A stretch of 20,000 bases of DNA from an uncultured Actinomycetes bacterium (GTDB lineage Bacteria; Actinomycetota; Acidimicrobiia; Spongiisociales; DATADW01). Positions 7,777 through 15,950 of this stretch are shown here, one piece after another. The stretch covers positions 48,273 through 68,272 of the forward strand of contig CAWGRK010000006.1 of the NCBI GenBank assembly GCA_963824995.1. The letters are read 5' to 3'. Within the stretch, counting starts at the first letter, position 1. The number at the start of each line of letters is the position of its first letter. The translations under genes and the position numbers were made by a program. Under the pieces are notes generated by a model. That model made no database searches. It saw only the letters and a list, made by a program, of their open reading frames with translations, and was not told the DNA's origin.

Positions 7777-7782
7777 TAACCT
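7777..7782 (+). promoter_or_regulatory. Putative -10 element (TAACCT) for a leaderless tdh-kbl transcript
   Basis: TANNNT hexamer 8 nt before ATG 7791, with no Shine-Dalgarno sequence present. Confidence 0.55.
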
Positions 7783-7790
7783 GCAAACCG

Positions 7791-8843
7791 ATGCGCGCCG
7801 TGGTGAAGCCTGCCCCGGGTCCTGGGTTGGAGATGGTTGAGCGGCCCATCCCAGAGGTTGGCGATGGCGACGTGCTGATCGAGGTCCAGGCGACCTCGAT
7901 ATGCGGGACCGATCTCCACATCCGCGACTGGAGCCAATGGGCGGCCTCGCACGTGCGCCCGGGGATCATCGTCGGGCACGAGTTGTGCGGCGAGGTGGTG
8001 GAGAAGGGCCGCGCCGCCGGAGGTCCCGCTGTGGGAGAACTGGTGTCGGTGGAGTCACATGTCACCTGCGGCGAGTGCGCTCCGTGCCGGACGGCCAAAG
8101 GACATCTCTGCCCGGCCACCGAGATCCTCGGTGTCCACCGCGACGGCGCATTCGCCGAATACGTGGTCGTACCGGCAGCCAACGCCTGGCCGGACCCCGT
8201 CGGGCTGCCGCTGTCGGTTGCGGCGCTCCAGGAGAACTTCGGCAACGCGGTCCACTCGGTGAGCGTTCCCACCATCGCCGGGCGAAAGGTGCTGGTCACC
8301 GGGTGTGGCCCGGTCGGCCTGATGGCGATCGCCGCTGCCCGCGCCTTGGGGGCTCGATCGGTGCTGGCCACCGATATCAGCGCCTACCGGCTGGATATGG
8401 CCAAGCAGTTGGGGGCGGACCTGGCCGTCGATGCAGCAGATGGCGTCGAGGCGATCTGGGAAGCGACCGAGGGGGAGGGCGTAGACGTCCTCCTCGAGAT
8501 GTCAGGATCGGCTACCGCCATCGACGAAGGGTTCGGGTTGCTCAAGCCGGGCGGGGAAGCGGCACTGCTCGGACTGCCTCCGGCACCGATCAGCTTTGAC
8601 ATCGCCGACAACGTGATCTTCAAGGGCGCCACCATCCATGGCATCTTCGGGCGCAAGCTGTGGGACACCTGGTACGAGATGCGGGGTCTGCTCCGGGCAG
8701 GTGCCGTCGATCTGGCCCCGTTGGTGACCCACCGCTTTGCCCTCGACGACTACGAGCGCGCTTTCGACCTCATGGCATCGGGCGAGTGCGGCAAGGTGGT
8801 TCTGTTCCCCGATACCGGCAAGGCGGACGGCCCGCTCTCATGA
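7791..8843 (+). CDS. tdh: L-threonine 3-dehydrogenase (Zn-dependent MDR family)
   Basis: [12 protein letters not shown], structural Zn site CGECAPC...C, Rossmann motif [18 protein letters not shown] and SGECGKVVL. Translationally coupled to kbl. Confidence 0.93.
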   Translation: MRAVVKPAPGPGLEMVERPIPEVGDGDVLIEVQATSICGTDLHIRDWSQWAASHVRPGIIVGHELCGEVVEKGRAAGGPAVGELVSVESHVTCGECAPCRTAKGHLCPATEILGVHRDGAFAEYVVVPAANAWPDPVGLPLSVAALQENFGNAVHSVSVPTIAGRKVLVTGCGPVGLMAIAAARALGARSVLATDISAYRLDMAKQLGADLAVDAADGVEAIWEATEGEGVDVLLEMSGSATAIDEGFGLLKPGGEAALLGLPPAPISFDIADNVIFKGATIHGIFGRKLWDTWYEMRGLLRAGAVDLAPLVTHRFALDDYERAFDLMASGECGKVVLFPDTGKADGPLS

Positions 8844-10036
8844 CGGCGACTCACACCCCGCTCGACTTCCTGCGCGACCAGTTGGACGAGATGGTCGCAG
8901 GGGGTCTCGCCGCGAACATCCGCACCGTCGGCTCCCCCCAGGGTGCGCGGCTTGTGGTGGACGGCCGCCAGGTCCTCAACTTCACCTCGAACGACTACTT
9001 GGGACTGGCGGGCGATCAGCGTCTGGTGGCGGCGGCGAAGGATGCGGTGGACCGCTACGGCGTCGGCCCCGGAGCGGTTCGGACCATCGCCGGCACCATG
9101 CAGCTGCACGTGGACCTGGAGGAGGCGCTAGCCGATTTCAAGGGGGTCGAGGCCACGATCTCCTTCCAGTCGGGATTCACCGCCAACCTGGGCACCATCC
9201 CTGCCCTCGTGGACGAGGGAGACGTCATCATCTCCGATGCGCTCAACCACGCATCGATAGTGGACGGCGTCAGGCTGGCGCGGGCCGGTCGGTCCATCTA
9301 TCCGCACGCCGATGTCGCCGCACTGGGCGACAAGCTGTCCGAGGCGAGGTCCAAGGGGGCCAGGCGCATCCTGGTGATAACCGATGGGGTGTTCTCGATG
9401 GACGGTGACCTGGCGCCGCTCCCCGGCATCGTCGAGGCGGCCGAGGAGTACGAGGCGATGGTGATGGTTGACGACGCTCACGGCGAGGGGGTGCTCGGCC
9501 GGGGTGGGCGGGGAATCGTGGACCACTTCGGGTTGCACGGGCGTGTCGCCGTCGAGGTTGGGACCATGTCTAAGGCGTTCGGGGTGATGGGCGGCTACGT
9601 CGCCGGCCCGGCCGACCTGGTCGGATGGCTTCGACAAAGGGCCCGTCCCTTCCTCTTCTCGTCGGCGCTGACCCCGGCGGACACGGCGGCGTGCCTGGCG
9701 TCGGTCTCGATCCTCGCTGAGTCCACCGAGAGGGTGGAGCGGCTCTGGGCCAATGCGGAGCGCTTCAAGGAGGCGATGACCTCTTCGGGGTTCGACCTCG
9801 GTGTCAGCGAGACGCCGATCACGCCGGTGATGCTGGGCGACGCCAAACTCGCCCAGGACTTCTCCCGGCGGCTGTTCGACGAGGAGGGCGTCTTTGCCCA
9901 AGCCATCGGGTACCCGACGGTCGCCCACGGTGCGGCCCGGATCCGGGTGATGGTGTCGGCATCGCACAGCCACGACGACCTCGACCAGTGCGCCGAGTCC
10001 TTCCGCAAGGTGGGACAGGGCCTGGGCGTCATCTGA
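8840..10036 (+). CDS. kbl: Glycine C-acetyltransferase (2-amino-3-ketobutyrate CoA ligase; class II PLP enzyme)
   Basis: Start ATG 8840 overlaps the tdh stop (ATGA). Motifs [38 protein letters not shown] lysine in GTMSKAFG, and [11 protein letters not shown]. Adjacency to tdh favours kbl over bioF. Confidence 0.9.
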   Translation: MTATHTPLDFLRDQLDEMVAGGLAANIRTVGSPQGARLVVDGRQVLNFTSNDYLGLAGDQRLVAAAKDAVDRYGVGPGAVRTIAGTMQLHVDLEEALADFKGVEATISFQSGFTANLGTIPALVDEGDVIISDALNHASIVDGVRLARAGRSIYPHADVAALGDKLSEARSKGARRILVITDGVFSMDGDLAPLPGIVEAAEEYEAMVMVDDAHGEGVLGRGGRGIVDHFGLHGRVAVEVGTMSKAFGVMGGYVAGPADLVGWLRQRARPFLFSSALTPADTAACLASVSILAESTERVERLWANAERFKEAMTSSGFDLGVSETPITPVMLGDAKLAQDFSRRLFDEEGVFAQAIGYPTVAHGAARIRVMVSASHSHDDLDQCAESFRKVGQGLGVI

Positions 10037-10046
10037 GCGAGTCCGG

Positions 10047-11010
10047 GTGAAGGCGACCGATCCTGTTGCGCGCCATCCCCGTGCCGAAGCGGAGGAACGC
10101 CTCGGGGGGAGGTACGGGGCCCGGGTCCTCGAACCGTCGCCGCCCACGGTTGACGACGAGCCGTGGTTCGCCGACGACCCAGTGAGCGCACCGGTTCGTT
10201 CCCCGGTGGTATCGCCGGTGGCAAACGGGAACTACCTCTGGGCGGAGATCGTGGCGACCGACCCCGGACTTGCCAGTTGGGCGGCCGACAGGGCGCTGGT
10301 GGCATCTCCTCTCCCGTCGCCACCCGAAGGGATGGTGGCTGCGAGGGAAGCCCTCCACCAACTGGCGTTCTACGTCCTTGCGCCCGGGAGGCAGGCTGCC
10401 AACGGCAAGATCGGGCTGCGGTACACAAAGGGGGGATTCGGGACGCCGTTCTTCGGCGACAACCGCCAATTGAGAATCGAGGGACCGAATCTCGTCGACC
10501 AGCGCGCGTATGGACGATCTCGTCGTGGAGCCGCTCACCACGATCGGCTCGGCGCGCCGCCGTACCGGTATCGCGGAGGATCTGGCACTCCATGGACCGC
10601 CGCGCTGGGATGATGGGCGGAGCCTGGAGATCGAACCGGAGCACATCGACTTCATCGCTCGCTGGTTCGGGACGGTCACCAGGGTGCTCGAGACCATCCG
10701 ACTGGAGGCGGCCGGCCTCGAGCCGTCACGAGTCCAAATATGGCCAGAGCACTTCGACGCCGCCGTGGAAATCGGACCGGAGGAAAGACGGGCTGCGTTC
10801 GGCGGGTCGCCCGGGGACGAGGCTCACCCCGAGCCGTACGTGTACGTCGCTCCATGGTCGCCGCCGGCGCCGGATCCCTTCTGGAATGACCAGTCGTTTG
10901 GCGGGGCAAGCCTCCAGTACGCCGATCTGGTGGGTCTCCCCAACCCCGACGGCACTCTGCTCGACTTCTTCCGCCGAGGCGTCGTACGACTCGGTCCCGC
11001 CACCGCATAG
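10047..11010 (+). pseudogene. Conserved actinobacterial hypothetical protein (possibly DUF5996-like), split by a frameshift near 10500-10510
   Basis: ORF 10047-10613 is protein-like up to ...REALHQLAFYVLAP...GKIGLRYTKGGFGTPFFG...LVDQR and then degenerates. ORF 10510-11010 (+1 frame) continues with PLTTI...WPEHFDAA...GGSPGD...EPYVYVAPW...FWN, motifs I recognise as normally belonging to one polypeptide. This may be a real pseudogene or a sequence error. Confidence 0.65.
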
Positions 11011-11055
11011 TCGGAGGGCGCCCTTTTCCGGAGGTTGTGTCTAGCCTGACCCACT

Positions 11056-11346
11056 ATGGCGGCAAAAGAGATACCCCAACTCACCCAGGAGCTCATCGAG
11101 ATATCGAAGGCCTACCTGATGCAGGAGACGGTCGAGCCGGCCAAGCAGCTCGGCAAGATCGCCGGCATCAGCCTGGCAGGCGGAATGCTCCTGGCGCTCG
11201 GTGCCCTGTTCCTGGTCCTCGGTGCCAATCAGGGCTTCTTGGTGCTGTTCGACGACGGCCGGCTCTGGGTAGCTCTGGCATCACTGATCACCGCCATCGT
11301 GGCGCTCGCCATTGGCGCATTGGCGGGATGGAGGGCGACGAAATGA
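11056..11346 (+). CDS. Small two-TM membrane protein (actinobacterial phage-holin-like / DUF1469 type)
   Basis: 96 aa: amphipathic N-terminus (ELIEISKAYLMQETVEPAKQLG) then two hydrophobic helices. TAGCCT lies 8 nt upstream, and the gene is coupled to the next by ATGA. Confidence 0.75.
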   Translation: MAAKEIPQLTQELIEISKAYLMQETVEPAKQLGKIAGISLAGGMLLALGALFLVLGANQGFLVLFDDGRLWVALASLITAIVALAIGALAGWRATK

Positions 11347-11534
11347 CCGTGACACGCGGTGATATCGAGGCCAAGGCCCGCCAGATCGAGCGAGCGGTCA
11401 ATCAGACCACCGACACTGTCAAGGGTCGGGCGATCCAGATCGGGATCGGTGTAGGCGCCCTGCTGCTTCTCCTGATATTGCTGAACAGGAGAACCCGCCA
11501 CCGGCAGGCTGTGGTCGAGGTCTACAGGGTCTGA
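11343..11534 (+). CDS. Small tail-anchored membrane protein (DUF3618/ElaB-like architecture)
   Basis: From ATG 11343, overlapping the upstream TGA: MTVTRGDIEAKARQIERAVNQTTDTVKGRAIQIGIGVGALLLLLILLNRRTRHRQAVVEVYRV (63 aa). GGAGG lies upstream. Helix, then TM, then basic tail. Confidence 0.75.
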   Translation: MTVTRGDIEAKARQIERAVNQTTDTVKGRAIQIGIGVGALLLLLILLNRRTRHRQAVVEVYRV

Positions 11535-11800
11535 TCGCCGAGCAGGGCTCGAGCCTGCTCAACGCCGAGTGGTTCTTGATCGACCTGTCGCACCCTCACC
11601 AAGAGCGTCTCGCCTGGCTCGGCGGTGAGTCGGCTGATATGTCTCTGCGGCTTGGGGCGGGTGAGCAAATAGACGGCAAGGAGTGTTCCTCCTCGCGCCA
11701 AATAGACACCCCGTCCGGTGCGGGCGCTACGGCCGATCCAGCCGAGGGCGCGCTCGATCCCGTGGTTGCGAACGATGAAGAGGTTGATCAACCGTCGCAT
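11522..11800 (-). CDS. Small hypothetical protein, possibly membrane-associated
   Basis: 92-aa ORF filling the gap, with a short hydrophobic stretch (GGTLLAVYLLT) and a beta-like EPGETLLVRV segment. TACCCT lies 9 nt upstream. Overlaps the convergent gene by 13 nt. Confidence 0.55.
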   Translation of the reverse strand: MRRLINLFIVRNHGIERALGWIGRSARTGRGVYLARGGTLLAVYLLTRPKPQRHISRLTAEPGETLLVRVRQVDQEPLGVEQARALLGDQTL

Positions 11801-11844
11801 CTCGCCATGAGGGTACCGCGCCGGCGATACAGTGCCGGCACCCG

Positions 11845-11940
11845 ATGCGAAACCAACAGTTCTTCCGTGTCGTCATCTGGATCGTGATCATCGGACTGGT
11901 CGTCTCGCTACTCGCTACGGCGATCCTCTTCCTCCAATGA
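11845..11940 (+). CDS. 31-aa single-TM miniprotein, Prli42/DUF4044-like
   Basis: Below the ORF-track cutoff. Manual translation MRNQQFFRVVIWIVIIGLVVSLLATAILFLQ*. GC-rich third positions, fills an intergenic gap, and TACAGT is at 11828-11833 upstream. Confidence 0.75.
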   Translation: MRNQQFFRVVIWIVIIGLVVSLLATAILFLQ

Positions 11941-11976
11941 GCCTCTCAACGCGGCGCAACGCCGGCATCGCATCGG

Positions 11977-12774
11977 ATGGCTGAGTCGCTCGGGGCCGGG
12001 GAGCCGGTGCTGCTCCTCGACCAGAAGGGCCGGCGCTATCTCATCCGTCTCGATCCAGATCGGAGCTTCCACTTCCATCGCGGAGTTGTGCCCCACTCGG
12101 ACGTCATCGGGCTCGACGAGGGGAGCGTGGTCACTTCGTCCGGCGGTGGTCGGCTCACCGTGCTCCGTCCCCGCTTGGCCGACTACATCCTCAAGATGCC
12201 CCGAGGCGCCCAGGTCGTCTACCCGAAGGACATCGGGCAGATCCTGGTTTGGGCCGACATACGGCCGGGCGATGTTGTGCTCGAGGCCGGGACCGGCTCG
12301 GGCGCACTGACCTGCGCCCTCCTCCGCGCCGTGGGGAGCGATGGTCGGGTGGTCAGCGTTGAGCGTCGCGACGATCACGCCGCCCACGCCCGCCGTTCCA
12401 TCACCGAGTTCTTCGGGGAGCTTCCCCGACATCTCGAGTTGCTGATCGGCGACGTCGAGGAGCAGATCGCCCGGGTGAGGCCCGACAGGTTGGTCCTCGA
12501 CCTGCCTGAGCCATGGCACGCCGCCCTCAGGGCAAACGAGGGCCTCGCTCCCGGCGGCGTGTTCTGCGCATACCTGCCCACTGTCCCGCAGGTGCAGACC
12601 ACGGTGGAGGCGCTCGACCAGACCGGCGGCTTCATCGACACGATGGCGTTCGAGACGCTGTTCCGGACGTGGTCGGTGGCGGGCAGGTCGGTCCGCCCCG
12701 ATCACCGGATGGTGGGGCACACCGGGTTCGTGATCGTCTCGCGCCGGCTCGCCGATGCGTCGATCGAAGAATGA
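11977..12774 (+). CDS. trmI: tRNA (adenine(58)-N1)-methyltransferase
   Basis: MPRGAQVVYPKD, SAM motif VLEAGTGSGALT, LVLDLPEPW, and VRPDHRMVGHTGF. Canonical position upstream of arc. Confidence 0.96.
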   Translation: MAESLGAGEPVLLLDQKGRRYLIRLDPDRSFHFHRGVVPHSDVIGLDEGSVVTSSGGGRLTVLRPRLADYILKMPRGAQVVYPKDIGQILVWADIRPGDVVLEAGTGSGALTCALLRAVGSDGRVVSVERRDDHAAHARRSITEFFGELPRHLELLIGDVEEQIARVRPDRLVLDLPEPWHAALRANEGLAPGGVFCAYLPTVPQVQTTVEALDQTGGFIDTMAFETLFRTWSVAGRSVRPDHRMVGHTGFVIVSRRLADASIEE

Positions 12775-12778
12775 CCCG

Positions 12779-13654
12779 CTAGGCGGCCAACTCGAAACGG
12801 CACGAACCGGCGACGACGACCCGGTCGTCACCGTCCACCACCTCGACCTCGAGGGTTCCCGATCCGGGCCCACTGACCACCTCGCTGGCGATCACCTCAC
12901 CGTTTTCATCCATCCGGGTGAAGGAGCAGAACTCTTCCTCCTCCAGTTGGTAGCGAGCCTGCCAGTTACCGGGCGACACGCCGTCGCCCACCACATAGCT
13001 GCCGGCGCTGAGCGAGCCCTCCTCACCGCTCATCTCGCCCCCCGCTTCCAGGAAGCAGCGGCGAGCCTCGGAGACCATTGGTGCCCAGTCGCCCTCTGCG
13101 GGGAGGAGAAGATCGAGATTCAGTCCCGAGAGACCCGGCTCGCGGGCCACACCGCGCTTGATGTCGTCGAGCGTCGGCTGGGCCGCACCCGATTCGCCGC
13201 GCTGCTCGCCCAGCCTGCAGGCGACCCCGGCACCGCTCGACAGGACCTCGGCGCGGTCGGAGGAGAGCTGGTCGTCGTACTGGAGCCGGAGGGCCGCCAA
13301 CTCCTCCTCGGTGTCCTCCAATTGGGTGCGCAGCTTGGCCCTCGCCCGCAGCGCCCGGCGGCGCTCGGCATTGGCGTCGTCGCGCTGCCCCTTGGCGGTC
13401 TCGGCGGCGGCGTCGGCTGCCTCGAGCTCTCCGCTCAACCGGTCCAGCTCGCTCTCCAACTCGTCGATCCGGGCCTTGGACTCGTCGGCAGCACCGCTGG
13501 CCCTGGCCACGCGTCTCTGGAGATCGGCGATTTCGTCACGGGCAAGGTCCAACTGCTCGGCCTGGTCTGATGCCGCGGCATCGGCAGTTACCGCCGGGGT
13601 CGAGCAGGCGGCGAGAAGGGCAAGTGCCAGCGCTGCGACGACACGTGGGCCCAT
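12779..13654 (-). CDS. Lipoprotein with a long coiled coil and a C-terminal beta-rich domain
   Basis: Lipobox LAA|C at residue 17 after a hydrophobic segment. Heptad-rich region over roughly residues 30-130. C-terminal GSYVVGDGVSPGNW...CSFTRM...GSCRF resembles a common actinobacterial secreted module. Confidence 0.8.
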   Translation of the reverse strand: MGPRVVAALALALLAACSTPAVTADAAASDQAEQLDLARDEIADLQRRVARASGAADESKARIDELESELDRLSGELEAADAAAETAKGQRDDANAERRRALRARAKLRTQLEDTEEELAALRLQYDDQLSSDRAEVLSSGAGVACRLGEQRGESGAAQPTLDDIKRGVAREPGLSGLNLDLLLPAEGDWAPMVSEARRCFLEAGGEMSGEEGSLSAGSYVVGDGVSPGNWQARYQLEEEEFCSFTRMDENGEVIASEVVSGPGSGTLEVEVVDGDDRVVVAGSCRFELAA

Positions 13655-13711
13655 GCGACCGTATCGGCGGTCCGGGCTTCGAACTTCACCAAGCGGTAAC
13701 AGGGCGTTCGA

Positions 13712-13957
13712 TCACGGCTCGATGAAGATGCACTCCCCGGGGCACTCCTCGGCCGATTCGATGGTGATGCCTTCCTGGCCGCCTGGGACCTTGGCGACAC
13801 CACCTGCGCCCTGCTGGTTGCCCTTGGCATCGGCGTAGACCGTGCCGCCCTCGCGGACATACGCCAAGCCGTCGTCCAGCAGAACGAACACGTCGGGGGC
13901 GATCTCCTCGCACAGACCGTCTCCGGTGCAGAGGTCCTGATCGATCCACACCTTCAT
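13712..13957 (-). CDS. Single-cluster ferredoxin (CxxDxxC...CP)
   Basis: [24 protein letters not shown]...[13 protein letters not shown] (81 aa), the C-terminal part of track ORF 13712-14860. GAGGAG RBS upstream of ATG 13957. Confidence 0.95.
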   Translation of the reverse strand: MKVWIDQDLCTGDGLCEEIAPDVFVLLDDGLAYVREGGTVYADAKGNQQGAGGVAKVPGGQEGITIESAEECPGECIFIEP

Positions 13958-14083
13958 TGCCTGGTTTCTCCTCGTGACTACCCCTTGATCGTAGCCCCGG
14001 TCGGGCGTTTCCAAGCGGGCATGACCGCCCCCGGCCGGTGCCGGGACGCGTCGAGGGGTCCATGGGTTGGGGTCCCCCGGCCG

Positions 14084-14089
14084 TATACT
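14084..14089 (+). promoter_or_regulatory. Putative sigma-70-type -10 element (TATACT) for arc
   Basis: Near-consensus TATAAT-like hexamer in a GC-rich intergenic region, 36 nt before the arc start. Confidence 0.6.
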
Positions 14090-14125
14090 CCGCGGGCGAG
14101 TTGGCAAGTACGAGGAGCTGACGGT

Positions 14126-15853
14126 ATGCCTCAGCAAGGCCCGGAGCACGAGACGGCGGCGCTGCGCGCCACCATCCGGGCGCTCGAGGAGGAAACGTCG
14201 GTTCTGCGTCGCCGGCTGCAGGACGCTCCGCGCCGGGTGAGGGTGATGGAGGAGAGGCTCCTCGAGACCAAGGGCCAGCTCGCCCAGGTTGCAGCGCAGA
14301 ACGAGAAGCTCACCGCCGTGCTCGAGGAGACCCGCGAGCAGCTCGCCGTGCTGCGCGACGAGGTCGAGAAGCTGACCACACCGCCCAACACCTTTGGGAC
14401 CATCCTCCAGATCAACCAGGACGGGACGCTCGATGTCCTCTCCGCCGGGCGGAAGCTGCGGGTAGCCGCCCAGCCCAATATCGAGGTCAAGATGCTGGCG
14501 CGGGGCCAGGAGGTCCTGCTCAACGACTCCTACAACGTCGTTGACGTCCGCTCGTTCGAACCCACCGGCGAGGTCGTTGCCGTCAAGGAGAAGCTCGAGG
14601 ACGGCCGGTTGCTGGTGCTGGCCCACGCCGACGAGGAACGGGTCGTCCAACTCGCCGAGCCGATGCGCGACGTTCCCATCCGCGCCGGTGACCACGTACG
14701 TATCGACTCGAGGACCGGTTTGGTGCACGAGCGGCTTGCCCGTCCCGAGGTCGAGGAGCTGGTGCTCGAGGAGATCCCCGACGTCACCTACGAGGACGTT
14801 GGCGGTCTCGCCCACCAGATCGAGGAGATCCGCGACGCGGTCGAGCTGCCATATGTCCACAAGGACCTGTTCGAGAAGTACGGGCTGGCGGCGCCCAAAG
14901 GCGTGCTTCTCTACGGACCGCCTGGCTGTGGCAAGACCCTCATCGCCAAGGCGGTGGCCAACAGCCTCGCCCTGGCGGTGGCGGAACGGACCGGTCGCAG
15001 CGACGCCCGCTCCTACTTCCTCAACATCAAGGGCCCCGAACTGCTCAACAAGTACGTGGGCGAGACCGAGCGACAGATCCGCTTGATCTTCCAGCGGGCA
15101 AAGGAGAAGTCCGAGGAGGGCGTCCCTGTCATCGTCTTCTTCGACGAGATGGACTCGCTATTCCGCACCAGGGGGAGTGGGATCTCCTCCGACGTCGAGT
15201 CGACCATCGTCCCGCAGCTTCTCTCCGAGCTCGACGGGGTGGAGAAGCTGAAGAACGTCATCGTGATCGGCGCCTCGAACCGCGAGGACCTGATCGACCC
15301 GGCGATCCTGCGCCCCGGCCGGCTCGACGTGAAGATCAAGATCTCCCGCCCCGACGACAAGGCGGCGCGCCAGATATTCCGCATCTACCTCCAGGACGAG
15401 TTCCCACTCGATGCGTCCGAGCTCGAGCGACACGATGGCGAACGCGGCGAGATGGTGGACGAGTTGGTGTCGCGTACCGTCGATGCGATGTACGCCACCG
15501 ACGAGGTCAACCGCTTCCTCGAGGTGACCTACGCCAACGGGGACCGCGAGGTCCTCTTCTTCAAGGACTTTTCGAGCGGTGCCATGATCGAGAACATCGT
15601 GCGTCGAGCCAAGAAGGACGCCATAAAGCGGCACATCGAGACGGGAACAGGTGGCGTCCAGCTCAACGATCTGCTCTACGCCATAAAGCAGGAGTTCCGT
15701 GAGCACGAGGACCTGCCCAACACGACCAACCCCGACGACTGGGCGAAGATCTCGGGGAAGAAGGGCGAGCGCATCGTCTACGTCCGCACGCTGATCGAGG
15801 GCGAGGACGAGGCGCGCGCCATCGAGGCGGTCACTACCGGGCAGTATCTATGA
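14126..15853 (+). CDS. arc: Proteasome-associated AAA ATPase ARC/Mpa
   Basis: N-terminal coiled coil, OB domains, Walker A GPPGCGKT, Walker [46 protein letters not shown], and the C-terminal GQYL proteasome-binding motif. GAGGAG RBS before ATG 14126. Confidence 0.98.
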   Translation: MPQQGPEHETAALRATIRALEEETSVLRRRLQDAPRRVRVMEERLLETKGQLAQVAAQNEKLTAVLEETREQLAVLRDEVEKLTTPPNTFGTILQINQDGTLDVLSAGRKLRVAAQPNIEVKMLARGQEVLLNDSYNVVDVRSFEPTGEVVAVKEKLEDGRLLVLAHADEERVVQLAEPMRDVPIRAGDHVRIDSRTGLVHERLARPEVEELVLEEIPDVTYEDVGGLAHQIEEIRDAVELPYVHKDLFEKYGLAAPKGVLLYGPPGCGKTLIAKAVANSLALAVAERTGRSDARSYFLNIKGPELLNKYVGETERQIRLIFQRAKEKSEEGVPVIVFFDEMDSLFRTRGSGISSDVESTIVPQLLSELDGVEKLKNVIVIGASNREDLIDPAILRPGRLDVKIKISRPDDKAARQIFRIYLQDEFPLDASELERHDGERGEMVDELVSRTVDAMYATDEVNRFLEVTYANGDREVLFFKDFSSGAMIENIVRRAKKDAIKRHIETGTGGVQLNDLLYAIKQEFREHEDLPNTTNPDDWAKISGKKGERIVYVRTLIEGEDEARAIEAVTTGQYL

Positions 15854-15854
15854 G

Positions 15855-15885
15855 AGACGGAAGACGGAAGACGGAAGACGGAAGA
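15855..15885. repeat. Heptamer tandem repeat (AGACGGA)x4.4
   Basis: Begins immediately after the arc stop; four perfect copies plus AGA. Confidence 0.95.
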
Positions 15886-15915
15886 TCAGAGGGAATGGAC
15901 CGGCCGACCGATCCG

Positions 15916-15941
15916 GCTTCCAACTTCCGACTTCCGACTCC
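15916..15941. repeat. Degenerate heptamer tandem repeat (ACTTCCG)x~3.5
   Basis: gcttcca-acttccg-acttccg-actcc, a near reverse complement of the array at 15855-15885. Confidence 0.85.
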
Positions 15942-15950
15942 GGCCTGATC

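Noticed and set aside
7622..7790. Riboswitch or Thr-rich leader peptide upstream of tdh
   Set aside because: No glycine-riboswitch or T-box consensus and no Thr-codon leader ORF were seen, and tdh appears leaderless.
8660..8839. 60-aa N-terminal extension of kbl in the ORF track
   Set aside because: It overlaps tdh. ATG 8840 gives the normal length and ATGA coupling.
11012..11031. AGGGCGCCCT palindrome followed by T residues as an intrinsic terminator
   Set aside because: The stem is short once a loop is allowed and the T-run is only four bases, which is too weak to call.
11056..11346. Holin-like gene as evidence of a prophage
   Set aside because: No endolysin, integrase or structural genes are present, and this family is normally chromosomal.
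13712..14860. 382-aa minus-strand ORF suggesting a large ferredoxin fusion
   Set aside because: The N-terminal part is antisense to arc. The real ferredoxin starts at ATG 13957 behind a GAGGAG RBS.
7592..15941. Heptamer arrays as a CRISPR array
   Set aside because: The units are 7 bp and directly tandem, with no spacers and no cas genes.
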